Below are positions 1 to 14,517 of a stretch of 64,000 nucleotides of DNA, piece after piece. This stretch comes from Callorhinchus milii. Taxonomy: Eukaryota. The stretch lies in NCBI RefSeq assembly GCF_018977255.1, contig NW_024704743.1, forward strand, positions 61,816,001-61,880,000, given 5' to 3'. The position numbers were made by a program, and so were the translations under genes. Position 1 is the stretch's first letter. Each line of letters opens with the position of its first letter. The notes under the pieces are model-generated. The model had not been told where the DNA came from. It worked only from the letters and a program-made list of their open reading frames with translations, and made no database searches.

Positions 1-2459
1 AAGATACTAAAAGAAGATACTAAGAAACCAGAACAGAGACTGGAAGCAAGTATAAAAACAGACATGTTTGTTAAAAGGAGGAAATGATAAAGCAATCAGC
101 AATAAAGCAGTAAAGAGCATTGTGTTCATATGTCATAATGAAAAATGTCACTAGCTTCTCAGTGATTGACTCAGAGGTCAGAGCTGTTCTCATGTTAACA
201 TAGTAATCAGGCAAATGATACTCTCATTCACACCTCGGTTAAGTGTGAAAGCCCTTCGTTGTGTTTGCATATTAAATGTGTGTTAGTTATGGATAGCTGA
301 GTTGCTTTAACCTTGAAACATTTGATGCCAAATGGTTTTTTTTATACACAGGAGCAATTTATGTCAAAATAATTACAAAGTAATTTAGTTCCAATGCAAT
401 TCAACCAAATGATTTTTACTTCAGGATGTTATAAGAGCAAAAGCACATTTTATTGCATACATCTGCATCTTCTATCTATTATTGCATGCAATATAGTTTT
501 CTTGCTTCTGTGGGCACCAATAGTGTGCAGAGAATGTAATCCGGGAGCGGAATTAAGAAGGGAGGAAAATAACTTGATGTGAAAAAAGGAAATTTTTATG
601 ATTCAATGTCATTTGTCTAGCCAATTATTTTGCTTAATTCTTTCTGGAATTAAGTAAACAGGATGTGTCCCTCCAGGGAGAGAGTGCGCATTCCATTCCA
701 ACAATCTATCTCTGGGATTTCCATGTGTAGGTGGGATACATGAAATTCTCAGTTTGTTTTGGATACTCCTAAGCATGATGATGGGTTTCCACATCTATCA
801 AATACCCAGCTAAACCCCCAAAAAATATTTTGCTTAATTTTCTATTTAGTTTTGAAAATCTGCCAGAGAAGAAATTGAGCCTTCTTTCAGCTACAAATGT
901 CCTCAACAACACATACAATAAACGTGCTTCTGGGATGTACAGCTTTTACCTTCCTGTAAGACTATGGTTCTTTCAAGGTAGAAGTGCTTATCTAGTCATT
1001 TCTCTTAGCTCATCCCATTAATACTCGAGTTCAGCCTCATTGCCTCCTCTGCATTTTATCTGGAGTTTGGGTGACATGTAATGCCATGGTGAAGAGGAAT
1101 ATACTTCAGGTGTGGCCTAACCAGAGGACTATGCAGCTTCAGCTTAACTTCTGGCAGCCTGAACCCAACTGACTTGGCAATGTAGTCCAGCATCTAGCTT
1201 GCCTTGTTTATTGCTGCCTCACACTGTTGGACATGATGGATGACAAGTCAACTAATATCCTGGGTCTATTTTAAATTGGCAAGTTCTGTCTCATCAATAG
1301 AGTGTATGTCAGATGTCAGTCTGGCTCAACTGGCAGCACTTTCACCTCAGAAGGTTAATGCTTCAAGTCTCTTGTCAGGATTTCAGCTCATAGTTTACAT
1401 TGATACTTTAATATAGTGTGGAGGGTGCATTGGATTGTCAGAGGTGTAGTTCTTTGGATGAAACATTAATAATAATAATAATAATGTAGATTGACTGTGG
1501 ATTTTGTGGGTGAATGTGGTAGCCAGTTGCGTGTAGCCATGGAGTGAGTGACCAATTTTATTTGGGGGATTTATTGGGCAGGTCATCAGAAGAAACTACC
1601 TTTTCTTTTCGAATTGTGCCAAGGGATCTTTAACATCCACCTGAAAAGGCAGACGGGACCTGCTTAACGTCTCACCTGAAGGACGACACCTCTGACAGTG
1701 CAACATACCCTCAGCCCTGTATTGCAGTGTCATCTTAGACTATGTGAGCTCAAGTACCGACATGGGATTTGAACCCACAACATTCTGACTCAAAGGTGAG
1801 AGGGCTACCACTGAGCCAGGCTGACAAACGTCTGCTTATCTTCTGGTAAACATTCCATGAAACTATTTGTAAGGAGAAGGATGTTTTTTCTGACACCCCT
1901 GACCAGCAATCCTCTAGATTAGTCAATCATTCACCGCATGGCTGTTCGCTATGTGTCAAATGGCTCCCGCATTTGCCATCAAAAGACAATTATTACATTT
2001 GGCAATCATTACTTACAGCATATTTCAAGGTGTAAGAAGCAATAAAATGCAATTCTTTTTTTCTTAAATGCACTTCCTATTTTCACTTCCTATATGCAGT
2101 AACTTGCATGTATCTGTATTGAAGTTCATTTCCAGTGGCCAGCTCAGATGTATTCCCATCAGACTTTATTTGTAAGAACTTGGCTGCTTCCTTTGAACTC
2201 ACAGCAGTCTTCTCCCCAACCTCTGGCATCTTGATATTATCAGCAGATTGAGATTAGGAATCCAAGTCATTTAAATACACTGGAACAGATGAATTAACTC
2301 AAAAGGTCAGTGAAGCTATTAGTGTGACTAAGTCTATGCAGCAATACAGTTTAGCTATGCCACACTGTAGCAGATTGAGGTAATTTACCAAGAACAAGTT
2401 GTGTAGCTTCTATTCTGAACCTTATAAATTATGTAGGCCCCAAAGGGCAATGGGTTTCT

Positions 2460-2750
2460 GCAAATCTACTTCTCCTCCAGCTACGACTCCCAATCCATTG
2501 ATGTTCTGTCAGCTTGTTTGACAGACATGAAGGCCTGGATGAGTGCAAATTCCTGCAGCTGAATGTCGGCAAGACTGAAGCCACACTCATTCGCTCCCGT
2601 CAACATCTTCTCTCCAGCTGGTCTGAACTCCTCAACGGGCTTAGATTTACCTAATCCGTGCACAATTTAGGCATCAGGTTTGATCCCCAGCTTTCCTTTC
2701 TACCCCACATCCATTCCCCTTCCAGAACTATTTTTTTCCACCTCTGCACA
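2460..2750 (+). mobile_element. Degraded L2 LINE RT fragment
   Basis: Similar to 25490-25800 (WMS.NFLQLN..KTEA region). Confidence 0.65.
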
Positions 2751-3229
2751 TTTCCATCATGTTCCTCCATGATGTGGCACTGAACATGGTGACGGATAAG
2801 TAACTGCCATGAAAATGATGGTGCTCACTCACACCAATCCTCTGGATGTCTGGACGATAAACACTTGTACTGAATACAACAAAGTACTTCTAAATACAAT
2901 TATCATCATTCTTCCACGTTTCAGTTGTTGGTCAGTGTACTGTAGAAAAAAAACATGGGAATAGCAGGAATTCTGTGGACACCTTGTACAGTGTAACAGC
3001 TTCCACATCCTGCCACCACTCAACCCATTACAGCCAACGCTTCACAGAACATATCCAATTGGCAGTGAACACTATCATCCCTGTCAATCTGCTGAGGGAG
3101 GTGACCAACCACAGATTAAACCGTCCAGTTCAACAGAAGAAAAAATAGATATTCTTCATTTGTCAGCAAGCTGTCAGCAGCCTGGATGATAATGGTGACA
3201 TCTCATCAGAATCTAACCCTACCCCCTCC

Positions 3230-3450
3230 GCCACCTTCCCCCAGGCAATTTTCAACTGGAGTCACTGGAGAGCAATCAAGAGTAGGAACCCTGGCTGTCT
3301 TCCCCTCCTTGACACAGGGTGATTGAGGTTAATTGTAGTGCCCTACTGCTGGCTTAGTGAAGATTAATTTAAGATCTCGCCACAAGACTTTCCTGATCAA
3401 TATGGCTCAGTTTCACACTGGGCAGTGCGCTTATCAACTGAGTCACTAGG
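3230..3450 (-). mobile_element. Probable ancient tRNA-derived SINE remnant
   Basis: Reverse complement begins GTGACTCAGTTGATAAGCGCACTGCCCAGTGTG...; resembles old shark SINEs from memory, family not verified. Confidence 0.4.
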
Positions 3451-3705
3451 AAAGGTAGGGAAAGATTTCTAAAGTGTTATAAAATAGACACAGAGCATTG
3501 TAGAGTTACAGAACATTTCACTTGCTGCTAAAATGAACAGGGTAAGTGTAAATTATCAGCTCTTAGATTTTGAGGCTAAATGTCAAATCCAAATCCATTA
3601 TTTTAACTTTTACTTTGGGTTGCGCTTTTGTGTTTGACTGCCAGTATAGATGCTACAACCTCGAATTTCACAGGTTCATAGTTATCTCTATGTACAGAAC
3701 TTGAA

Positions 3706-4314
3706 TGCATCGCCCATCTCCACCAATAACTCTCTCCGAAAGCCGCTGAAACCCTGTTCCATGCCTTTGTCACCTCTCAGCTGGACTATTCTATGCCCTC
3801 CTCACCGGTCTCCCACCCACTACCATCCATAAAATCCAGATCATTCAAGACTCTGCCACCCACATTGTCACCCGCACCAAACTCCTCTCCCCGATTACCC
3901 CAGTCCTTGCCAGACTGCACTGGCTGCCTGTCCCAGAGAGGATCGACTTCAAGACCTTCACTCTTGTATTCAAATCCCTCCACTCCTCTGCACCCCCCTA
4001 CCTCTCTGACCTTCTCTCTCCTCAAAACAGTACCCGCTGCCTTCGTTCCTCCGGGACTGGCCTCCTCCTCGTCCCCCAAGTCCTCCGCTCCACCATCGGC
4101 GGCCGTGCCTTCAGCCACTATGCCCCGAGGCTCTAGAACTCCCTTCGCCTCGCCCCCTCTCTTCCTATTTTCATGTCCCTGCTGAAGACCTTTCTCTTCG
4201 ACCGCACCTTTGGTCACCTCCCTCCCCCTGGCTCAGCTCCGGGAACCATTACTGTGAAGCGCTCTGAGACACCGTCCGGCGTGGAGGGCGCTATATAAAT
4301 CCAAATTGTTGTTG
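3706..4314 (+). mobile_element. L2 LINE 3' fragment
   Basis: LHWLP / RIDFK-type C-terminal ORF2 remnants; GGGCGCTATATAAAT...(TTG)n tail. Confidence 0.85.
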
Positions 4315-4519
4315 AAAGATGGGTTTGTAGGATCTTTCCCAAGCATGACTCTGCACCTTATAATAATAATTATCCTTGCATTTGCTATAGCACCTTATCA
4401 CATCATTGAGATGCCTCAAAGCGATTCACTTCACAGAGTGCCCTGTAAAGTGAATTGACTGTATTTTGTGGGCAAAACATGGAAAACAATTTAACTAATT
4501 TAAACCTTCAGGAGAAGAG

Positions 4520-4921
4520 GCCATCACTTTCAAGGCCATCCATGGCCTTGCCCCCTCCTACCTCTCTGACCTGCTGACTCCCTTACCAACCTGCCCGCTC
4601 CCTCCGTTCAGTGGATTCCGGTCTGCTCCATGTCTCCCGCCCGATCCACCCTACCCGCTGGCCAGGTTTTCAGCCTCTCTGACCCACACTCTGGAACTCC
4701 ATCCCAGTCCCTTCGCCTAACTTCCTCCCTTGCCTCCTTGAAGACCGGTCTCAAGACCCTTCTTTTCGATCATGCCTTCGGTCGCCCTCCCACCTCTCTG
4801 CCTTCCCTCACCCTTTCACCACCCCTTCCCAATGCTCGAATCCCGATCCCTGACTGTCCAGGGCTTTGGGACATCCTCCCGACGTGAAAGGTGCTCTATA
4901 AATGTAATTTTGTTGTTGTTG
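4520..4921 (+). mobile_element. L2 LINE 3' fragment
   Basis: LKTGLKTLLFDHAF; family 3' tail with (TTG)n. Confidence 0.85.
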
Positions 4922-6892
4922 AAGATGAAGGAGACAGTCCTTTTTTAAAAATAACAGTTTCTACACAAGAACAAGAAACATAAAGCATATAATGAAAACA
5001 AGGATGGATGGCTTCTTGGAGGAGCAAACACCAACATGAAAAAAGAGGAAAATATGTAAGTTTCTGTTAAGATATTCTGGTTAATGATCTAATAATATCT
5101 GTAATCACATGAGAAACTCAAGGAAGTGTCAATTTTAAAGTCATATTTCTGTTCTTGTGATAATTTTTTTATTTGCAATATGTATGCAACAGAGAACATT
5201 GGAACAGTTTGTACCCAGAATATTGTATGTCATACGTTATGAATTTCAACAATGCAACACAATGTCTTTTTTCTAGCTTAAAATTATTTTACTACACAGC
5301 TCTGCATTAAGTATGTATCCTTCTGAAGCTTATCACAAAACAGATTTCTAATGGGGACTGAATGCACATTGTTAAACAGAGTGGGCCTTGGCTTGGAATG
5401 TTTTGGTGAATTTAATACATTGTATTATTTCAGATGGATTAGTGCATTAATAAAACTTAGCAACAGAGATTTAGCTTGTCACTTTTGTACTTGTACACAA
5501 AGATTTTCTATAACCCAACCCAACGTTGTACGTATTGGATCTGGATCACTCCCACATGAAAACATGAGCAGATAATGCTTTCAAAGGATTTTTTTGAACC
5601 CACGTACTCAGTTGGCAGCTTTTTGAATCAGGAAGCTACATGCAATATGATTCAGGAATACAGGATGATTGCTTCACTTATAATGGAAAAATTGCACTAG
5701 AAATATAGAATTATTACTTAATTGGAAATGCATTGATTCCAAAAAGCTGTTTGTATTAAGAAACCTTCAGATAGTATTTCCATAATAATATTAGTTCCCT
5801 TTAGCTCTTGCAAATTAAGAATCCTTTAGTGCATTTTAGCAAAGAAAAGTACATCCAAGGACGTAAGATGAATGCCTGATAAAGATTCATGTGTCAAAAC
5901 CAGGTTTTCAAACTCTTAAACTGGCTGGATAATATTCAGTTGCTCAATGCAGATATAAACATTCACCTAATTTTGTGATTATTTATCTTTGTAATAAAAA
6001 TATCGTGAAGTGCACCTTCATTCTGGAGCCACACATATGATTAGCATTTTTGTTTAAAAATCCTTCAGTGATTAACGTGTGTCAAGTGAGGTGCTAGGTT
6101 CAGTAATAGTACTGGTCTAGCAGCGGTAGTAGTTAATTTGATGAGATTCCTAAGCAGAATCAAACATAAGAGCCATAAGGACGAGGTTTGATCTCCCATC
6201 TGACTGAAAGTGATGACTTGTTAAATGACTATATGGAGAATCACAGACACAAGATTATGTCATCATTCAACATCCACATAAATTTTCCAACAGGAGGCAG
6301 CAGTGATTGTCTGACATTTAACCTCTCAGCCACAGAACACTGAAGCCAATTGTGGTGCCAAGGTGCTGTCCTCCAAAAACATATCCAGAGAGGTAACTTG
6401 ACAGCTGAGGAAATGAGCCATTGTATCAAGATAATGAGGATCTAATTTGACATTTCAGTGAATGCCCGATTGCTAAAGGGAGATAAACAACTTTGCCACC
6501 TTAGTGATTGATGCACTACATTACTACTTAATGACAGATCACTGCTGCTGTGAGGAGGTTAAATCCATAATTGGACTGTAAGTAACTTCAAAGCATCGAT
6601 CTAAAAAGTAACGGGGTCATGTTTATTGACTTGACCACAGCAAATCTCTGTTCACCAGCACCCCATCCCCCAAATGAATGCGACCAGAAAAAAAACTGAA
6701 AGAGAGCATCCTTTTAGACCGTGATATCCATGAAATGATGGATATAACACTTTTTTAAAAAAAAATAATTTAGATGGAAACAACCAGAAGTTAAAATAAT
6801 AAAAATAGAAAGAATAGGGATAAGGGAAATAAAAGTTCAACTTAAAATGATTGTTTATTGTGTAGATTAACAACAACAACATGCATTTATAC

Positions 6893-7533
6893 AGCGTACT
6901 GTCTCACATCGCAGGCCACCGAAACCCTCATACATGCCTTCATTACATCGAGGCTTGACTATGCAAACCCCTGCTTGTCGGCCTCCCCAACTCCTCCCTT
7001 AACAGGTTGGAGATCATCCAGAACTCTGCATCCCGTGTCCTCTCCCGCATTAGGCTCTGGGACCCTATCACCCCCATCCTCACCCAACTCCACTGGCTTC
7101 CCATCACACAGAGGATACAGTTCAAGATCCTGGTCCTCACCTTCAAAGCCCTCCATGGTCTTGCTCCCCCCTACTTCTCCGACCTCCTAACCCCTACCGC
7201 CCTGTTCGCTCCCTCCGTTCAGCGGGCTCCGGCCTGCTTCGCGTCCCCCGCCTTGCTCGCCCCACTATCGGTGGGTGGGCCTTCCGAATCTGCCCCCACC
7301 CTCTGGAACTCCATCCCGCAGTCCCTCTGTCTCGCCCCCTCCCTCACCACCTTCAAGACCCACCCACCTCAAGACCCTTCTCTTGACCGTGATTTCGATC
7401 TCCCTTCTTCACCCCCTGCCCTTCCCCCTCCCCCACCCCAACCCTCAGCTCGGGTCCATAACTCTGTCTGTCCAGCGCCTTGGGACGTCCTCCCGGCGTG
7501 AAAAGCGCTATACAAATGTAATTTTGTTGTTGT
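6893..7533 (+). mobile_element. L2 LINE 3' fragment
   Basis: ETLIHAFITSRLDY..., QNSASRVL, LHWLPITQRIQFKILVLTFKALHGLAPPY; (TTG)n tail. Confidence 0.9.
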
Positions 7534-10500
7534 TGTATTTTATGCCGGTTGGCATCTCAGAGCGCTTAATATTACAGTAATAGCTTTCAAAAGACTTTCA
7601 GGAGTTATATTTACATTAAAGTGTGCACACAATTCACATAAACACTGTATTCATTTTTAATTAGATCACCCTTTTTTGAGGTACCAGGTGTCTTTTCAGG
7701 CAGCTTGCTTTTTACACATTCAAACATAATCTCTGAAAATTAATATACACTGGTAGTATATTATAATTAATGTATCAATACTTTATCATAGTCTCCAGCC
7801 ATGCACCCACCTTATTGGAACATGGATGTGACATGGGGAACAGAGAATTATACCAAAAATAAATATCAAGAGATTAAGTGATTAATTATCAGTTAGGAAT
7901 AAAACACACAAGAGCATATATACTATGCACTCGGAGACTTATGTCTTAGAATAACTTAGAGTTGAGTAAAAGCTTAGCTGTGGAAACTCAAACTTGTATA
8001 ATTGTCACTTTTTGTTTTTAATAAAGAGCTTGATGTGGAATTAAATTTTTATAGCAAATAGAAAGCCTCAGATCTTATGTCATATTGATATACTGTAACT
8101 GAGCTCTTTAGAAACTCTTTAAACGAAACTCAAGTCAAATCCAGTGGAAGTTCTGATTTCCTATGTTCTAAATGTTTCTTTTGGATCTTGAGACATTGGG
8201 GGTAGAAATTCCAATAGATAAATCGTACTGCAGTAAAGAGATCTGGACAGCGTAGAAGTTATTTTTGCACCAAAGCAATAAGTGTAATTTTCCTCTTTTT
8301 CAGTATTATTTTCTGGTAGCATCAAAATCAGACAGTGGGACTATAGAAAATCAGAAGCCATTTTCAAAACAATTGTTACCTGAAATGTCGTCGGTACATG
8401 ATGATGATTTCAATGGGAAGTGGAACTGCAAACGGCGAGAGCTTCTCTCAGTGTATAAGAGGACTAAACCTGACCTCCTCAGAAGGTGCTGACAGAGATC
8501 CAGCACAGTCACTGGCAGCATTGCTCAGTGTAGGGAAGGAAGGACTGGCTTCAGGGTTACTGATTGGATCAATGTTGTCGGAGGCATCCAACAGTCCTCC
8601 TTGCAGGTGAGAAAACTTTCAAGGTGTTCAATGCGTGTGAAGTTTTAAGACAACCTGATGCTTTATATGCCACTGGAGACCAAAAAGCAATCATAAAACT
8701 ACACCTCAACAAGAGGAAGCTAGACAGGAACAGAGAGGCAAAAAGTAAAGTACTGCAGATGCTGAAAATCTGGTGTAAACACAGAAGTCGCTGTGAACAC
8801 GCAGCAGGTCAGGCAGCATCCATTGAGAGAAGAAAATGAGTTATTTCAGGTTAATTACCTTTCTGATTTCTATGTTTATATCAGGAACAGAGCCGAATAT
8901 GCCAGTGGGGAGGGTAAAAAAGGATCCATCCAGAATTTCAATTGCCCAAGGTGATTTGATATAACTTATCACAAGGCCATAAGCTATCTGGCTACCAAAC
9001 CTAGTCTGTCATTAACCCTTTGCACTCACAAATGTTATATTTGTGACAGCTAGTTATACATTTGCAGCTTTATTACTGTAATATCATTTATTGACCCTCA
9101 GTATGAAAGCTGTAAAGTTTTAAAAGAAAGTCTGGCAGAAGTCCTGGAATCCAGTGAGATTGACAGCACTCCTAAAAGTTGATTATAATAATAATCCTTG
9201 CATTTGATATAGCACTTTCCACATCTTCTCGATGTCTCAAAGTGCTTCACAGAATAGACTGTAAAGTGACTTGACTGTATACTTGTGGGCGAAACCGGCA
9301 GCCAATTGCGCACAGCAGTGTCCCACAAACAGTCGTGGATTGAAAATGACCAATTTATTATTGTTTTTTTTGGGGAGGGATTATTATTAGGCGTGTGGAG
9401 TAAGTGATTAACTGATTAATAACATGACTGGAAAATAAAACTGGCATCCAGCAAGATTTGAGATCAGATCAGTCAACAATAATGATTGCTATTAAATGTT
9501 ATGGTCATACATTCTGGTTACGAATCGGGTTAAAGATTACAGGGATCAGTCTAGTAATGGAAATCAATTGTTTATGAATGAAAATGTATTATTAAGTCAA
9601 AAGTCCTGGTGAGTGGAAGGTAGCTACATGGAAAAGTGAACTGACATAACATCCTTTCACCAATGAGCAGGATACGAATACAGCCTACAAACACTGTCTA
9701 CACACACTGCAAGAAACGTTCTTCACTCCGAGAAACACCATGATGAGAACCTTTTACTGACAAAATCAATTCTTAGTGAGTTACCTTTGCAAGGAATTGA
9801 CAGATTTATGATGGAGATAAATTAAATAGAATAGCTGTAACTCTATGGAAGGAGGGTAGAAAGACACTTTGCCACATGGATAATAACAATGTTGTTCATT
9901 TGAATGTCAAGCAGAAGTAGATTAGATTAGAAGTAGGTCTACTGAGAAAAACATCTACTTATTATATGTAAGAATTTGGATTAAAAAGTAATCACATAAG
10001 TTAAGAGAGATCTGTATCTAACCAACATACATTTACACAAACAAAGCATTTACAATAAAAATGCCATCTGGTAACTAAAAGTACTGTATACTGAAGTGGA
10101 TATACATGTGATGGGTCAAAGCCTTTGAGTAATTACCAAAGGTTCTCTTAAATCTAAGGACATCAACAATACTTTTATTTCTTCAAGGTACATAAAATCT
10201 ATAAAATTATTTTATTGTTGAAGAAAAGCTGGTACCAAAATTTCCTAATCATTTATGAAGCAAATGTGTATGAATTAATAATTGACATTGTTAGCATCAT
10301 GAAGGAGAGTTTCCGTAATTTAGATCTTTACTAAATATACAATACAAATAAAATACAAATTTACATTTATATAGCGCCTTTCACATTACTGCTGGGTGAA
10401 CAGAGGCATGTGGAGTAAGGAAACTTGCCTAAGGTTTCGCACTGACCGGGAATGAATGAAAATCAAACCGGGATCATCTCGCTTGCAAGGCAAATACTCT

Positions 10501-10627
10501 AACCAATATGCTATAGAATTAAAGGTTAGGATGAGGATTTTAAATGGGATGTTATGGTATGTTATCAAAAATAAAGTTAGGATATTTAAAGTATACTTAA
10601 AATAATATTTTAAATAAATTTAAAATA

Positions 10628-11880
10628 AACAACAACAACAACAAGATTCCATTTATAGAGCGCCTTTCACGTCGGGAGGACGTCCCAAGGCACTGTACAG
10701 TTGGGTCAGGATCCGAGCAGGGGGGAAATGGTCAGGGTGAGGGGAGGGAAGGGAGGGAACGAGGAAGGGGGTAGAGAGTCGAGAGGGGAGCTGAAGGCTC
10801 GGTCAAAGAGAAAGGTCTTGAGACCGGCCTTGAAGGAGGAAAGGGAGGAGGCGGCAAAGGCACTGGGGGATAGAGTTCCAGAGCCTCGGGGCTGAGAGGC
10901 TGAAGGCCCGGCCACCGATGGTAGGGCGGTTGGGGCGGGGGATGTGGAGCAGACCGGAGCCGGAGGAACGGAGGGTACGGGCAGGTAGGTAGGGGGATAG
11001 TAGGTCGGAGAGGTAGGAGGGAGCGAGGCCGTGAATGGCCTTGTAGGTGAGGATGAGGATCTTGAAATCGATCCTCTGGGGGATGGGGAGCCAGTGGAGG
11101 TGAGCGAGGGTGGGAGTGATGTGGTCCCGAAGCCTGGTGCGGGACAGTACACGAGCTGCAGAGTTCTGAATGACCTGCAGCTTGTGGAGGGAGGTGCCGG
11201 GAAGGCCGGCGAGGAGAGAGTTCCCATAGTCCAGCCTTGAGGTGATAAAGGCGTGGATCAGAGTTTCAGCAGCGTGAGGGGTGAGGTAGTGCCGTAGTGC
11301 CGTAGTCTGGCGATATTCCGGAGGTGATGGAAGGCGGTGCCAGTTGTGGCGCGGATATGAGGGAGAAAGGACAGCTCAGGGTCGAACAGAGCCCCGAGGT
11401 TCCTGACTGACTTTGAGAGGTGGAGAGTGCAGCCTCGGATGCTGATGGTGTCGGCGCCTGAGGTGCGGAGGCGCTGATGTGAGCCAATCAGGAGGGCCTC
11501 AGTTTTGCGCACGTTGAGCTGGAGAAAGTTATCTCTCGTCCAGGACTCGATGTCGGACAGGCAGCTGTCAGGACATCGGTGGTCGTGGAGTTGAGGGTAG
11601 AGGAGGAAAGGTAGAGTTGGGTGTTATCCGCATACATGTGGAAGTTAACCCCATGTCTGCGGATGATATCACCACAGGGGGAGCATGTGAGGGTGAAGAG
11701 GAAGGGACCGAGGGCAGAGCCCTGAGGGACACCGCACGAGACAGTGCGGGGGCTGGAGGAAAAACCATTCGTGGAAACAAAGTGAAGACGGTGGGAGAGG
11801 TACGACCTAAACCACTCAAGGACAGGGCCTTGAAGGTTGAGGTGGGAGGACAAGCGGGGGAGGAGGATAGCATGGTCTTG
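10628..11880 (-). mobile_element. L2 LINE, 5'-truncated, frameshifted RT
   Basis: [36 protein letters not shown]; (CAA)n tail at left end. Confidence 0.92.
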
Positions 11881-12007
11881 TCAATTGGAGACTAGATGTG
11901 GGGCTTTTTTTGTTCTCAGAAATTTACCAACCATGACATTTAAAATGGGTTTTAAGTGCATTTTACGTCCATAAATCTCACTCCAAGAAAATAATTTATA
12001 AAATATG

Positions 12008-12013
12008 TTTATT
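12008..12013 (-). terminator. Probable polyadenylation signal (AATAAA) of copy A
   Basis: TTTATT on + strand inside a block (TTTATTGGAACAT) conserved with the copy B downstream region. Confidence 0.6.
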
Positions 12014-12589
12014 GGAACATCATTGTTGAAAGAAAAGTTTGCAACCTTTTTTGCAAAACCCTTTTTGCATTTAAATGTAAACATCTGCAGTTACATCTCA
12101 ACTATTTAAATCCAGTTGCAGAGTAGAATGTTTGTGCTTGGCAACTTCAACTGTAAGCCCTCGAAAATGAATGTACACTGTAGGACAGATATCTAACTGC
12201 AGAGACATTCAGCCAACATGATAAATTAAAAAATGAGGCAGGGTTTCCAGGAATACGAATAAGTACAAATATTTTTATCAAAAGGCGACAAAATTACAGA
12301 GCCCAAACATTAAAATATTTTTTATAGGTCCGTAAAGTTCTTTAGATTATAAAAATGTTATGTTGATGAATCACTCTCTTAGAAATATAATTGCACTTGT
12401 ATGGTAACTTATCACATTGCAATGTCTCAAAGTGCTTTATAGGAATTACTATCAAATGTAATGACTGATGTTTTTAAAACTGTTTGTGTCTGAATGGTCC
12501 CACTAAGTGCCACGTGGTGAATTTACCAATACATCTGGAGAAAATGCAATTCTCTTTAAAAATAATGACATAGGAACAAGAGATCATTC

Positions 12590-13170
12590 ATCCCATTGAT
12601 ACTATACCACAATAACAATATGTCTATAAACCCATTTTCCAGCACCCCATTATACCCTTACTTCCCTGGTACCTATCTAACACCATTTCAAACATCCCAA
12701 TGAATTCTCTCTCTATGGCCTCTGGAGGAGTGCATTTCACATTTGCACACTTCCTCAGTGTGAAGAATGTTTTCTGATACAACTTCAGCTGCGTTTAAGA
12801 TTATGTCGCCTTGTTTTGAATTCCTCAACCAAAAAGCAGAGTTGACTACCATCTAGTTTGTCAAATTCTTTCATTATTTTAAACACCTCAATCAGATCCC
12901 TTAACATCCTCAGCTCTAAGGAGTATAACCCAAGTCTACCCAGGCTCTCACTTCAGCTAAGCCTCTTTATCCCAGGTATTAATCCAGTAATTAGTTCCTG
13001 GGAACCCTCCAGGGGTATACTAATAAGATTATTTGATATATCATCCATGTATTTGGAAGGCAAAAGCTGGTAGATAGACTAAGAATAGTGATATCTTCCT
13101 ATGATTCGGTACCCAAAACTGCCCAATACTCCAAATGAGGTCTGACCAGCACTCTATATAACTGGAGTAG
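12590..13170 (-). mobile_element. Old CR1 fragment in the probable 3'UTR of copy A
   Basis: Reverse complement shows TGCTGGTCAGACCTCATTTGGAGTATTGGGCAGTTTTGGG (LVRPHLEY-like). Confidence 0.7.
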
Positions 13171-13754
13171 CACTGCCCTCTGCTCCAATCTCTTCTTCAG
13201 AACCATATCCCAGACACTACTGCGCAGTGTCACACTGGGCAGGCTATTATAAAGCAAGATATGACACAGACCTTATTGAATGCTTTCTGCACCTGAACAC
13301 GACCATACATTTGATGCTGATTCAATACTGAAACTGCACAAGTCCAATGTAAACTACGGCATAACTTGAGCATCAGTAAACATAAACAGAACCAAGCAAT
13401 CTGCCAATTGTGTTTGAAAACTGGACCCTTAATGTCCAATAAATATGGAAGTTTTTTTGTTTTTAAATTAAAAAGTAGTGAATTAATAAAAATAAAGGTC
13501 TCGTAACTTTAAAATGAAGTTGTTGCCACTATATTTTTCAACTAAATTTTCTTTGAAATTATGCAATACTTCTATATACCCGAAGCACCATGGAAGATCA
13601 TACTGATCATAGTAAGCACACTGGAGCACTTCTGGTAGCTAGTGAGAACTAGTTGATAATATATATATTTATATATATAAGCGCTCTGAGACGCTACCCT
13701 ACGTGGAGGGTACTATATAAGTGCAAGTTGTTGTTCTTTATAAACCTCTGAATT

Positions 13755-13895
13755 TCAGTGTTTCTTTTGAAAGAACCATTTCTGGTCTGGGATATCTGAG
13801 CAAGGTCGCAGTACTGGTGCTGGATGACCATCAGTCTTCACATGGGATACAGCTTGCACACATTTCTGTGTCTGGACGTGGTGTATCGAGCCATC
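13755..13895 (-). CDS. galnt12: GALNT12 copy A exon 10 (lectin gamma repeat, stop)
   Basis: DGSIHHVQTQKCVQAVSHVKTDGHPAPVLRPCSDIPDQKWFFQKKH-TGA; 141 nt; QKW motif; spliced CDS totals 1752 nt. Confidence 0.93.
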   Translation of the reverse strand, partial: DGSIHHVQTQKCVQAVSHVKTDGHPAPVLRPCSDIPDQKWFFQKKH

Positions 13896-14517
13896 CTGTG
13901 AAGAAAAACACGAGAATAAAGTACAAACAAAATATCAAAAAATTAGAGACTGGTTAAAAAGCAGCTTCAAAAAGAATGTAGTTGCAATGAGCTTTTAAAC
14001 CCTGTGGCAAATCTAGCATGATAATGTTCAGATTTCTGATAGCTACACCATGAAGCAACCAGGCCAGGTTGCTGATTTCAATGTTGACATACTCCAGTTG
14101 GCATATAACTGCAGCAGCAGTTTTAGATTCCAGACCCATTGTTATAGGCCTAGTGTTCCTTATTAATTACTTTCTGCACTTACAAATGAGAATTTAACAA
14201 TGCACTGACCTCTAATGCCTTTGCTCATCAACCTCTCCTAGTGCTTCCCATTTCAGAACATATACCATCAGCCATTCTTGTATCCAAAGTGCACTAAGTC
14301 ACATGCTCTCCACCCCAATTCCTTCCACTCACCCAATCTGCCTGTATGCCATACATTGATTCCACTAATGAAAGATGGTTGCAGGAGAAATGTTGGACTC
14401 TGCACTGGTCAAAAACACAAACTCGCCGCACATGTCCAGTTTGGAGAAGCTGAACAAGGCAGTGAGAAGAAAATTATAGATAATTTAAGAAACATCTACT
14501 TTTAGGATGAGTCTTAC

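Noticed and set aside
1..10600. Short ORFs in the left flank as exons of a neighbouring gene
   Set aside because: No recognisable protein motifs or consistent splice structure; the longer ORFs are L2 remnants
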